Source: an uncultured delta proteobacterium (GTDB lineage Bacteria; Myxococcota; Myxococcia; Myxococcales; Anaeromyxobacteraceae). From it: 64,000 nt of DNA. Below are positions 10,828 to 23,824 of this stretch, one piece after another; position 1 is the first letter of the stretch, and each line of letters opens with the position of its first letter. The DNA lies in assembly GCA_963733485.1 (NCBI GenBank), contig CAVTDL010000005.1, positions 31,733 through 95,732 on the forward strand, read 5' to 3'. The notes beneath the pieces were generated by a model that saw only the letters and a list, made by a program, of their open reading frames with translations, searched no databases and was not told where the DNA came from. Both the position numbers and the translations under genes were made by a program.

Positions 10828-11404
10828 CTACGGCACGTAGAGGACGTCGCCGCCCCTGAGCCAGAGCGCACCCGCCGCCTCCCCCTTGACCAGCCCCTTG
10901 AACGACAGCGACACCCGATCGGCGCCGCCGTCCTGCTTCTGCCGGAGCCACACCACCTCGTCGCCGCCGAACGGCGTCCGGCCGCCGGCGAGCGCCACGG
11001 CCTGCACCACCGTCATCGGGCCGCGCAGCGGGAACCCGCCCGGCTTCGCCACCTCGCCGAGCACGAACACCCGCGCCGCGTTGATCTCGCGCACCACCAC
11101 GGCCACCGCCGCGTCCTTGATGTACGGCGAGAACGCCTTGGAGAGCCCCGACTGGAGCTCGGCCGCCGTCTTGCCGGCCGCCTCGACCTCCCCGACCAGC
11201 GGGAGCGAGATCCGGCCGTCGGGCCGGACCGGGATCACGCGGGTGAGCTCAGGCTCGTGCCAGACCACCACCTCGAGAACGTCCTCGCGCCCGATGCGGT
11301 ACTCGCCCTCGGGCCGCGCCTCCACCCGCTCGGAGCTCTTCGTCGCCGCGCAGGCAGAGAGGACCAGGAACCCCACGATCATCAGCGTTGCCGCCACGCA
11401 CCAT
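10828..11404 (-). CDS. wza: Polysaccharide export lipoprotein (short OPX/Wza, SLBB domain), ExoA-like; start approximate
   Basis: Lipobox LSAC; YRIGREDVLEV, VRPDGRISLPLVGEV, VFVLGEVAKPG, LRGGDVLYVP. Confidence 0.92.
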
Positions 11405-11450
11405 TCGGCCCCCTGGGGCGACTGCCCCGCAGATCGTCGACGGCGCATCG

Positions 11451-11466
11451 AGCATGGCGCGTGCCA
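11451..11466 (-). promoter_or_regulatory. Sigma-54 -24/-12 promoter of the polysaccharide operon
   Basis: Minus strand reads TGGCACG-CGCC-ATGCT, matching TGGCACG-N4-TTGCW, about 50 bp upstream of wza. Confidence 0.75.
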
Positions 11467-11722
11467 CCGCGCGCGCCGGCCCCTCGCCGGAGCGGCCCGG
11501 CGCCGCCACCCCGCGCTGGCGGGCGGTCCGGGCTCGAGCTCGGGGGCGGTCCATCCCCCGCGCCGCGGCGGGGTGGAGCGGCGCCGGTCGGCGAGAGGCG
11601 AACTTATTTCCCACCGCGGGGAAGCCGCGTGCCTGCGTTGCCGCCGGCCTCCCGGCGCCTGACGTTGTGTGAGACACGGAGCGTGCACCGCACACGCGGC
11701 CACGCCCGCGGGAGGGGGATGG

Positions 11723-11914
11723 ATGCCGAGAGCTGCGGCGTGGACGGTGGGCCTGTTCGGGGCCGGGATGATCATCTGCAGGGTCTTCCCGATCCCGTGG
11801 ATCCAGCCGCTGGTGCTGCTCGGGCTGGGGATCTCGCTGCTGCTGGTGAGCAGCCTCAGCGGCGCGCGCCCGCGGCGCGCGCGCACCGTGGCGCCCAAGG
11901 AGGCGGCGGCCTGA
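11723..11914 (+). CDS. Small two-TM membrane protein (63 aa)
   Basis: MPRAAAWTVGLFGAGMIICRVFPIPWIQPLVLLGLGISLLLVSSL; GGAGGGG RBS upstream. Confidence 0.6.
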   Translation: MPRAAAWTVGLFGAGMIICRVFPIPWIQPLVLLGLGISLLLVSSLSGARPRRARTVAPKEAAA

Positions 11915-11945
11915 GGGCGTCCCGGGCCGGGCTAGCGGCCGCGCC

Positions 11946-13405
<1,460 letters not shown>

Positions 13406-13563
13406 CTGGCTTCCGCTCCCGGGCTACGGTGTCGCCTCGCTGAGAAACTGGCTCGACCACCGGTGGAACGCACCGGCCCGATCGCGGGGTTGGCGGCGAT
13501 AGGCGATCGGACAGGGAGCGCGCCCGGGTCGCACGCAGGGCTCGCCCGTGGCATACCTGCCCG

Positions 13564-13827
13564 GTGCGCCTCTCCCGCCCTCGCGTCCTGATCAGGGCAG
13601 GCCTGCTGCTGGTCGGCGGCGTCTTCATGCTGGTGAAGGCCTGGCAGGCGCGGCGGGGCGCCGGCGCCGCCGAGCCCGCCGACGCGGTGCTGCTGCAGCG
13701 GATCGCGCTGGTCGAGGCGCTGATGGGCGTGCTCGCGCTCGCCGCCGCCGGCCTGGCGCTCCTGGCGCTGCGCCGCCGCAAGCGCGCGCGCACGCTCCAC
13801 CTCGACGACGTGGAGCGACGGCCCTGA
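13564..13827 (+). CDS. Small two-TM hypothetical membrane protein
   Basis: 87-aa ORF with two hydrophobic helices and a basic tail; GC-rich third positions. Confidence 0.65.
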   Translation: MRLSRPRVLIRAGLLLVGGVFMLVKAWQARRGAGAAEPADAVLLQRIALVEALMGVLALAAAGLALLALRRRKRARTLHLDDVERRP

Positions 13828-13957
13828 GCGAGGGCGCGTCGGGGGAGGACCCCGCGCAGGCAGCCGCGCTCCCGGCGGGAGCCGCCGCGCCCCATGGTGT
13901 CTCCACCCGGACCGGGCGCTCCCCGCGGGCGCTGCGGCGCAGCGCGTCGCGCTCCAC

Positions 13958-15750
13958 TCAGTAGAATCCGGACCACCTCGGCCCCCGAGTAGTAGGCCCG
14001 GAGGATCTCCCGGTACCCCTGCCCCGCCTCGGCCCGGCCCACCGCCCCCCACTGGCACATGCCGGCGCCGTGGCCCCAGCCGCCGCCGCGGAGGATCCAC
14101 CTCCCGCGCCGTCGCTCGACCAGGAACATCGCCGAGGGCAGGTCCCCGATCGCCCGCCGGAATCCGGAGCTCGCCCACCAGCTCGGCGCGCCCCGCCTCG
14201 CCGATCACCCTCAGCACCAGGGCCCTCCCCGAGACGCCGCGCGAGGGGATCTCGAGCGCCCGCACCCGCCCCACGCCAAGCGGCGCCGCGAGCCGATCCA
14301 GCTCCCCCTGGGTGAGGCTCCGCTCCCAGCGGAAGCGGTCCCGGGCGGCCTTCCCGGGCCGGCGGCAGTAGGCGCCCGAGGGGGTCGAGAGGAAGGCTCG
14401 GAGCCGCGGCTCCCGCGCGAGCCCGCCCGCCCAGCGCGCCGCCTCCGCCGGGGGCAGGTCCGGTCGTCCCCGCAGGCTCGGGCTGGGCGTCCCGCCCCAG
14501 ACCTGGTCCGCGTCCTCGCCGTGGCCGCCGCACATGGCCGAGTACACGCCGTCGACCAGGGTCCGGTCGGCCCGCCCGAAGATCGCCTCCCCCCGGGTGG
14601 CGCGCACCGCCTCGTCGGTCCGCGCGGTGCGGGCGCGGTCGCCGAGATAGGACTGACAGTGGACCTCGGCGCAGAGCATGAAGGGATCGGTGAGGTGGCG
14701 CGTGCCGATCTGGGCGAGCACGTTGGAGCGGGCCGTCACCGCCTGCGCCTTCAGCGCCTCGGCCGCCGACGAGGCCGGCATCTCGCTCGGCACGAGCCCG
14801 CGCAGGAGCTCCTCGAGCGAGACGCCGTGGACCGCCGCCAGGGCGCCGGTCGCGTCGAGCGTCAGGTAGAGCCGGCCGCGGTAGGCGCGATCCTCCCGCG
14901 GGCGCGCGGCGGACCCGCGCTCGTGCTCCACGCCCTCCACCACGAACCCGGCGTCGCCCTCCACCAGCACCGTCACGGCGCCGTCGCCGACGCCGAGCGG
15001 CGCGCCGGCCTCGCCCGAGAGCTCGATCCGGCCGGCTGGGCGTGCCAGCACCTCGCCGTGGATCGCGGGCCGCACGCCGTGCGCCCGCCTCAGCGCCTCC
15101 GCCGCGGCGCGGGCGCCCGCCTCGCTCCCGTCGGTGGCGGCGAGCAGCAGCGCCCGCCGGTTGTCCACCACCCGCCCCGCGATGCCGTACACGCCCCCCA
15201 CCGTGCGCGTCTCGGTGCGGATGCCGGCCGCCTCGTGGCGAGCCCGCTCGGCCTCGAGCCGCGCCCGCGCCGCCACGGGGAGCTCCGCGAGCAGGGGGCG
15301 CCAGGCCAGGACCGCGGGCGTCGCCCCGCCGGCCCTCACGGTGAGCCGCGCGCCCGCCGCCACCTCGACCTCGCCGCCGCCGCGGAGCAGGATCCGCGCG
15401 CGCCCGAGGGGGCGGAGCGCGATCTCCCGCCGCCCTTCCATGAGCCGGATGGTGACGAGCGGCTCGCCGCCGGGCGCGAACTCGAGCCGGTGGCCCCACA
15501 GGAGCTCCATCGGATCGGAGAGGTCCGCCGCGGGCGGCGGCGCCAGCGGCGGCGGCTCCCGCGGGGGCGCCCGGCCTGGCTCGCCGGGGAGCTCCCCGCC
15601 GCCCGCCGGCGCGACCTCCTCCTCGACCGCCGCCGGGGCTCGCACCTCGCCGGGCGGCGCCCCGTCCGCGGGCGCCGCGTCGCCCCGCGCGCCGACGAGG
15701 GCCGCGCACGCCCCGGCCAGCAGGATCGCGAGCGCGCGGACGCGGCTCAC
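13958..15750 (-). CDS. SpoIID/LytB domain protein (peptidoglycan lytic transglycosylase); frameshift near 14160
   Basis: LEELLRGLVPSEMPAS..EALKAQAVTARS, HCQSY, YSAMCGGH, GGGWGHGAGMCQWGA, ILRAYY; N-terminal signal peptide. Confidence 0.9.
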
Positions 15751-16666
15751 GTCGCGCGCCCCGGCCCGCCGCCCGCGAGCCTGCGGAAGGCGCGGTGCAG
15801 CCGCCCGGTCACGGGCCCGGGACGGCCGGCCCCCACCTCGCGTCCTCCGATCCGCACCACCGGGAGGATCTCGCGCATCGTCGAGGTGATGAACACCTCG
15901 TCGGCCGCCTCGAGGTCCGCGGCCGGAGCGCCACCTCGTCGACGGGCACCCCCTCCGCGCGCGCGAGGCGCAGCACCACGCCGCGGGTGACGCCCTCCAG
16001 GATCCCGGCCGCGAGCGGCGGGGTGCGGACGCGCCCGCCCGACACCGCGAACACGTTGGACGACGAGCCCTCGGTGACGAAGCCGCCGTCGTCGAGCAGG
16101 AGCGCCTCGTGGGCGCCCGCCGCGCGCGCCTCCCGGACCGCCAGCACGTGCGGGAGGTGCGCGCCCGTCTTGGCCGAGGGGTCCACCGCGGCGGGCGAGG
16201 CGCGGCGCACGCCCACGATGGCGGCCGCGACGCCCTCCGTGTAGTCCCTGGGCGGCGGGCCCACCAGCGGCTGCACCACCAGGACCGCGCGCGGGTCCTC
16301 CGCCAGCGCCGGATCGAGGCCGATCTCGCCCGCGCCGCGCGTCATCACCACGCGCACGTACCACTCGCCGGCGTTCCACGGCGCGACGTCCGCCGCGGCG
16401 GGGGCCGGGCCGAGCGCGCGCGCCGCCGCGAGCGTGCGCGCCAGCTCCTGCGCGGTGCGCGGGCCGTCCCAGCGCGGCGCGAGGCCGATCCGCTCGGCCG
16501 AGTGCGCCAGGCGCGCGAGGTGCGCCTCGACCTCGAAGGGCGCGCCGCCGTAGGTCCGGATGACCTCGTAGACGCTGTCGCCGTACAGGAACCCGCGGTC
16601 GAGCACGGAGATCTTCGCCTCCGCGGGAGGGACCAGGGCGCCGTCGAGGTTCACCAGCGTGGCCAT
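15747..16666 (-). CDS. Aminotransferase class IV (IlvE/PabC/Dat family); frameshift near 15925
   Basis: ISVLDRGFLYGDSVYEVIR, HLARL, VTEGSSSNVF, ILEGVTR, ADEVFITST. Confidence 0.92.
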
Positions 16667-16802
16667 TCCCGTCCTCCTCCGGCCGGCTCCAGGCCCGGTC
16701 AGGTGCCGCTGCCGCCCCGCGGACGCGGCCGCCCAGCTTACTCCCGTGATCCACGGCCCGTTTCTTGACCGATCCGCGCGGGAACGATATCTCCCGACAT
16801 CG

Positions 16803-17198
16803 ATGGAAACAGCGGTCGAGTGCACCCACTGCAGGGTCGTCATGACCAGCTGGTCGGCGGCTGGTAGCCCGATCCGCTACTTCCAGTGCCCGTTCTGCGC
16901 CCGGACCCACTCGTCGCTCTACGGCGAGGTGTTCCAGCGCCGGGCGGGCGCGCGCGTGGTGGACGCGCCGGTCGCGGCCACCACCGCCGGCGGCGCCCCG
17001 ATGGCCAGCGCCGAGGACGTCCGGTGGGCCCGGGTCAAGGCCACCGCGGCGCGCTGGTTCGCGCGGCTCGAGGCGGACCAGCAGGACCGCGGGCTCGAGG
17101 CCGCCCCGCGTCGCGCGGTGGTCGGCGCGGGCGAGCGGCGCGCCCTCGAGGCCGCCCGGATGGCCCGCGCCGCCGCGCCGGTCCGGCGCGTCCGGTAG
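16803..17198 (+). CDS. Hypothetical protein with N-terminal zinc ribbon (CxxC...CxxC)
   Basis: METAVECTHC...IRYFQCPFC; TTGACC-N17-TATCTC promoter-like sequence at 16765-16793. Confidence 0.7.
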   Translation: METAVECTHCRVVMTSWSAAGSPIRYFQCPFCARTHSSLYGEVFQRRAGARVVDAPVAATTAGGAPMASAEDVRWARVKATAARWFARLEADQQDRGLEAAPRRAVVGAGERRALEAARMARAAAPVRRVR

Positions 17199-17251
17199 AC
17201 GCCCCCGGGCCGCGCGACGCGCCCGGCCGCTCCGCCCGGGCGCACCCGCCG

Positions 17252-18955
<1,704 letters not shown>

Positions 18956-19149
18956 CTCTCCGCCTCGGCCGCGCGCATCGCCCGTCGGGCGACGCCGCGC
19001 CGTCCGGCCGGGGAGCGGGAGCCCCCCCGTCCCCTTAGACGCGCTCCCGCTCCACCGAATCCGAACATTACCGGGTACCTACGCGAGACCGGTATCTCGT
19101 GAGCGGACGACCCGCGTTCACGTGACAGGACCCGGGGCACAGGTCACTC

Positions 19150-19410
19150 CTACGGCTTCTTGCCCCGCCGCCGAGCCGCGACGCGGGTCCTTCGACCTTC
19201 GCGGCCAGCAGGCTTCGGGATCTCGTCCCCGCGCGTACCGGCGGTCCGCTCCGCGACGCGGGCCTCCTCGCCCTGCTCCTCCGCCGACTGCGGTGTGCTG
19301 CCGAGGGTCGGACGTGGCGTGCCGTCGTCGAACCCCGGCGGCGCGGGTCCCGGCCCTCCGGCCAGCCCCGGCGCGCCGATCTCGTGCTCTGGCGGCTTTC
19401 CTGTCGGCAT
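19150..19410 (-). CDS. Small hypothetical Pro/Gly-rich protein
   Basis: MPTGKPPEHEIG... with GGGGAG RBS; low complexity, basic tail. Confidence 0.4.
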   Translation of the reverse strand: MPTGKPPEHEIGAPGLAGGPGPAPPGFDDGTPRPTLGSTPQSAEEQGEEARVAERTAGTRGDEIPKPAGREGRRTRVAARRRGKKP

Positions 19411-19468
19411 CGCGCTCCCCACTCCCCCGACGGAAACTTCGTGCCGCCGGCGCCCGCGCGGAACCCCG

Positions 19469-20335
19469 TCACGGGATCCACAGGTCCAGCACGACCGGCC
19501 GGTGATCCGAGGCCGCCGACACGTCGGGCCCACCCTCGACCGCGGAGCGGACGACCGCCGCCCCGTCGGCTCGTGGCACGAGCAGGTGATCGAGGATCTC
19601 GCGCGCGCCTCCGCCCGACCAGGTCCAGGCCGCCTCGAGCGGTGGCGCCGCGGCTGGTCCGATCCAGGCGCCGTCGCCGAGGAGCGCCGCCAGCGATGGG
19701 GCGGTCGGGGAGTCGTTCAGGTCTCCACCCGCGAGGACCAGCGCCGCTCCCGGCGCGAGCCCGTCCGCCAGGGCTCGCATCCGCGCCGCCTGGCGGGCGC
19801 GGCGGGCGCCGTCGTCGGAGAGCGGCGAGCTGAAGTGGCTCCCCACCGCGACGACGCGCCGCCCGGCCACCTCGGCGTGCACCTCGACGCAGTCCCTCGG
19901 CCAGAGCGGACCGCCCTCCAGGTCCCGGTCATCCCGGTGACTCACGTAGTCGCGGACCGAGAGGCGGGAGAGCGCCGCCACGTCGATGCCGCGGGGATCG
20001 TCCCCCTCGACCAGCCGCGCCTCCGGATAGCCAGCCCGCGCGGCGAGCCGCTCGAGCAGCGGGAGGTTCTCCACCTCCTGGAGCAGCACCAGGTCCGCGT
20101 CGAGCCGGACCAGCACCGCCGCGACGCGGTCGAGCTTCGCCTCCACCTCGGCGGGCGACGGCACCGTGTCGCCCTCGCCCGGCGGGAGGAGCCGATCCTC
20201 GGCGTCGAAGAGATCGTGGACGTTCCAGGTGGCGACCCGGATCAGCGCCGCCGCCGGCCCGGGGGTGGCGCGCGACGGCGGGAGCGGCTCGCAGGCGAGG
20301 AGGGAGAGCGAGAGGGCGGCGAGGAGCGGGCGCAT
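19469..20335 (-). CDS. Endonuclease/exonuclease/phosphatase family lipoprotein
   Basis: Lipobox LLAC; VATWNVHDL, LQEVEN, GGDLND, LDHLL, SDHRPV. Confidence 0.9.
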   Translation of the reverse strand: MRPLLAALSLSLLACEPLPPSRATPGPAAALIRVATWNVHDLFDAEDRLLPPGEGDTVPSPAEVEAKLDRVAAVLVRLDADLVLLQEVENLPLLERLAARAGYPEARLVEGDDPRGIDVAALSRLSVRDYVSHRDDRDLEGGPLWPRDCVEVHAEVAGRRVVAVGSHFSSPLSDDGARRARQAARMRALADGLAPGAALVLAGGDLNDSPTAPSLAALLGDGAWIGPAAAPPLEAAWTWSGGGAREILDHLLVPRADGAAVVRSAVEGGPDVSAASDHRPVVLDLWIP

Positions 20336-20479
20336 GCGGCGGGCGCTCGCAAGCGCTGCGCCGCCGGCTGTTCCCCGCGCCGCGCGGAGGGCGACCACGG
20401 GAGGACCGGGCCGCGCACCGCCCTGGTCGCGCCGAGGACGGAGGCGGACCGGACGGCCTCGGCCCTCGGCCCTCGCCCA

Positions 20480-22171
20480 TCAATAGGACGCCGAGAGGGC
20501 GGCGTGCCCGGTCACCCCGTAGGGCGTGCTCGAGCCGCCCTCCCCGGCGGCGGCGTCGAATGCCCCTCGCCCCATGACCGAGAGCCTGAGCGCCACGTGC
20601 GGACCGAGGTCCGCGAACGCGCTCGCGAGCAGGCCGACGTCGTCGCGGTCCTCCCCGAGCGACCTCTCGTGCGCCCAGCTCCCGCGGACCAGCAGCCGCA
20701 GCGCCGCCCACGGCCGCGCCGTGAGCTGGGCGTAGGCGCTCCGCCCCTCCAGCCAGCCCGACTCCTCGAGGTAGCCGAGCGTGAGCCCGCCGCGGTCGCC
20801 CAGGAGCCGCGGCAGCACCAGCTCCGGCCCGACCCAGCGCCGGTCGAGCCCGCTCCCGACGTCGCGCGAGAGCCCGCCCGTCGCGCCGAGCCGGAGCCAG
20901 CGCGCGAGCTCCACGCTCGCGAAGCCGTCGGCCAATCGCGAGCGCCCGGGGAACGCCGGCGGGTCGAGCGGCTGCGGCCAGGCGAGCCCCGCGTGGCGGA
21001 AGCTCCCGCCCACGAGGAGCCCGTTCACCGGCCGGACCGCGAGATCCAGCCGGGCGCCGTCGAGCTTCCCCTTCGCGTCCACCTTGCCGCCGGTCCCGAG
21101 GTGCGCCTCGCCGGAGAGGTCGAGCCGCCTCAGGAACAGGCGGCCCGTGAGCGAGCCCTCGAGCCGCGTGCCCAGCTCCGGAGAGCGGACCACCGCGACC
21201 CGTCCCTCCTGCCGGAGCGACGCGCCGCGGCCGAGGGTGCGGTCCAGGATCCAGTAGCCGCCGCCGGTGGCGCGCGACGAGGTGGGCTCGGTCGTGTCCG
21301 GCTCCGGCACCAGCCCGCCGAACGCGCCGGCCTCCGCGCGGAGCTCGCCGAGCCTACCGCGCGCCCCGGCCATGGCGCCGTCGAACACGGTCGCGCCGGG
21401 GATGGTCCAGGGGAGCACCCGCCCGGCGGCGAGCAGCAGGGTGCGCCCCGGGGTGGCGGTGAGCTGCGCCTGCCAGAGGTAGAGCTGGGTGTCGTCCCGG
21501 GGACGGAAGCGTGGCGCGTCGCGCCGGATCCAGCGCTCGGCGCGCGCGTCGAGGTCGAGCCGCAGCCCCGCGCCGAGCTCGGCGTCGCGCAGGACCAGGT
21601 CCACCGCCGCGCGGTCCGAGGTGCCGGCGGTCGAGGCGTGCCAGACGTCTCCCCGCGCGGTGACCTCGGCGGTGCGCCCCCTCGGCGCGGCGGCCGCGCC
21701 CTCCGCCGCGCGGAACTCGACCAGCGGGAGCGGGGCCGCGACGACGGCCGCCAGGCGGCGCTCCAGCTCGCCCTCGCCGGGCGGCGGGGGGAGCAGCCGC
21801 GGGGCGGCGGGGGGCGGCGCGGCCGCGAAGCGGAAGGTGTCCCCGGGGCGCAGGCCGGTCGCGGGGCAGCTCGCGTGGTGCGGCGCCGCCAGGTCGACCG
21901 TGCAGCGCCCGGCGAGCGCCGCCCCGCGCCGCAGCTCGAGCTCGGTCCCCACCGCGAGCCCCTCGTCGGCCCCGGCGTCGAGGTAGGCCCGCGCGGCCGT
22001 GATGTGGACCACCTGTCCGGTCCCCCGCGGCCGGTCGGCGGCCCGCGCGGGCTCGGCGGGGGCGGCGACCGCGGCCGCCGGGGGAGCCTGCGGCGGGCGC
22101 CGCGCCGGGCGCTTCGCCCCGGCCGTCGGCGCGGCGGCGAGCAGCAGCGAGACGATGGCGGCGGTGATCAC
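20480..22171 (-). CDS. Probable outer-membrane beta-barrel (porin) of the multiheme cytochrome operon
   Basis: Signal peptide VITAAIVSLLLAAA, N-terminal soluble region, long amphipathic beta-strand region, C-terminal ...GHAALSASY aromatic end. Start overlaps the stop of the upstream cytochrome. Confidence 0.7.
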   Translation of the reverse strand: MITAAIVSLLLAAAPTAGAKRPARRPPQAPPAAAVAAPAEPARAADRPRGTGQVVHITAARAYLDAGADEGLAVGTELELRRGAALAGRCTVDLAAPHHASCPATGLRPGDTFRFAAAPPPAAPRLLPPPPGEGELERRLAAVVAAPLPLVEFRAAEGAAAAPRGRTAEVTARGDVWHASTAGTSDRAAVDLVLRDAELGAGLRLDLDARAERWIRRDAPRFRPRDDTQLYLWQAQLTATPGRTLLLAAGRVLPWTIPGATVFDGAMAGARGRLGELRAEAGAFGGLVPEPDTTEPTSSRATGGGYWILDRTLGRGASLRQEGRVAVVRSPELGTRLEGSLTGRLFLRRLDLSGEAHLGTGGKVDAKGKLDGARLDLAVRPVNGLLVGGSFRHAGLAWPQPLDPPAFPGRSRLADGFASVELARWLRLGATGGLSRDVGSGLDRRWVGPELVLPRLLGDRGGLTLGYLEESGWLEGRSAYAQLTARPWAALRLLVRGSWAHERSLGEDRDDVGLLASAFADLGPHVALRLSVMGRGAFDAAAGEGGSSTPYGVTGHAALSASY

Positions 22172-22953
22172 TGGCCCTCCTGCCGGACGCCGGTGGGGTG
22201 GCACTCGAGACACGACGCGGTGGCGAAGCGGTATCCGCCCACGCCCCCGTGGCGGGAGTCGGTGTCCGCCTGACCGTGGCAGCCGAGGCAGTCCTTCGTG
22301 GAGAAGTCGGCCGCGAAGGGCTTGTCGGCCCGCGCCGCCGGGTGGCAGCGGAGGCAGGCGCCGTTCTGGCCGAGGTGCTTCCCGGGCGCGACGATCAGGA
22401 AGGGGACGTGTGCCGCCAGCCGGTCGACCTGGGCGTCTCCGTGGCAGCGCACGCAGCGGGCCGACTCGAACGCGTAATCGCCCACCCCGGCGTGGGCGGC
22501 GCCCATCTCCGCTTGCCCGTGGTCGTGGCAGCCGGCGCACCCGAGCGCGCTCCGGTTGGCGGGGTCCACGTGGCACTCCCCGCAGGCGGCGCCGGCGTGG
22601 GCGCCCGAGGAGATGGGGAACAGCGCGGCGTGGTTCACCCCGATGCCGTCGCGGTGGCAGCCGTAGCAGGCGTCGCTCGCGAACCGGTAGCTCGCCACCG
22701 CCGCGTGGCGCTGGGCGAGCGCCGCCTCGTCGACGTGGTCCCCGGTGTGGCAGTGGAGGCAGTCGTAGCGGGCGAAGGTGTCGAAGGTGCCGTGGCAGTC
22801 GTCGCAGGTGGCGACCGCGTGCGCCGAGCCGGCGGCGATGGGGAACCACCGCGTCCCGTGCTGCTCCGGCGTGGGGGCGGTGAGCCACGGGGCGCCGCCC
22901 TCGCCGGCGCACCCGGCGCAGAGCGCCGCCGCGAGGATCCCGAGCCCCCTCAT
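22168..22953 (-). CDS. Multiheme cytochrome c lipoprotein, 9 CxxCH
   Basis: MRGLGILAAALCAGC lipobox; CDDCH, CLHCH, CYGCH, CGECH, CAGCH, CVRCH, CLRCH, CLGCH, CLECH. Confidence 0.92.
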   Translation of the reverse strand: MRGLGILAAALCAGCAGEGGAPWLTAPTPEQHGTRWFPIAAGSAHAVATCDDCHGTFDTFARYDCLHCHTGDHVDEAALAQRHAAVASYRFASDACYGCHRDGIGVNHAALFPISSGAHAGAACGECHVDPANRSALGCAGCHDHGQAEMGAAHAGVGDYAFESARCVRCHGDAQVDRLAAHVPFLIVAPGKHLGQNGACLRCHPAARADKPFAADFSTKDCLGCHGQADTDSRHGGVGGYRFATASCLECHPTGVRQEGQ

Positions 22954-23824
22954 CTCGAGCCTCCCGCGCGGAGCCCGCTCTCGCCGACCGAGAAGCGGTG
23001 GCACTCGTAGCACTTGCGGTTCACCAGCTGGAACCCGGCCACGCCGCCGTGCTCGCCGGCCACGCCGCCGTGGCATCGCAGGCAGTTGGCGGTGTCGCTG
23101 GCGCAGGTGAACGGCTGGCCGTAGTCCACCGCCGGCAGGCTGGAGTGGCAGTCGCGGCACCGGATCCCGGCGTGGTGCCCGGAGCGGATGTCGAAGCAGG
23201 CCTGGTGGGCGGGGAGCGAGGCGGGCGAGAAGCGCCAGGCGCCGTGGCAGCCGCGGCAGTCGTCCGGGAACCCTGCCTGGGCGTGATCGACGGCGGCGCC
23301 GCCCGCGCCGGCGCGCAGCCAGTCGGCCTCGTGGCAGCCGATGCACCGCGGCGTGGGCCGGGCAAAGCCCCGGTCGCGGCGATCTCCGTGGCACGACTCG
23401 CACGGCACGACCGCGTGGCGGCCGGCGAGCGGGAAGGCGGTCCGGCGGTGGTCCTCGGGCCCGAAGGTGGGGGTGGACCAGGCGGTGGGCGCGTGGCAGT
23501 TCCCGCAGCGCGGCCCGAGCCTCCCCGCGTGGACGTCGCGGTGACAGGCGCCGCAGGCGCGCGGCACCGGGTCGGCGAAGGTCCCGGTCGCGTGGCACCC
23601 GCGGCACGCGGCCTGCTGGTGGCGACCCTCGAGCGGGAAGCCGGTCCGGTCGTGCGCGAAGCGGACGTCCTTCCACCCCGGCGGCGGTGTGGCAGGCGGC
23701 GCAGTCGGTGTCGCCCGCGTGCGCGCCGGCCGCCGGCGGCCGGGCCCCGAGATCCTGCGGCGGACATCGCGGAGCCCGGCCCCGTGAGCGCCAGCGTCGA
23801 GAGGAGCAAGAGGAGCGCTCTCAT
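22950..23824 (-). CDS. Multiheme cytochrome c, about 10 CxxCH; frameshifted near the N-terminus
   Basis: Signal MRALLLLLSTLAL; CAACH in the shifted frame near 23700, then CRGCH, CGACH, CGNCH, CESCH, CIGCH, CRGCH, CRDCH, CLRCH, CYECH. Confidence 0.88.
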
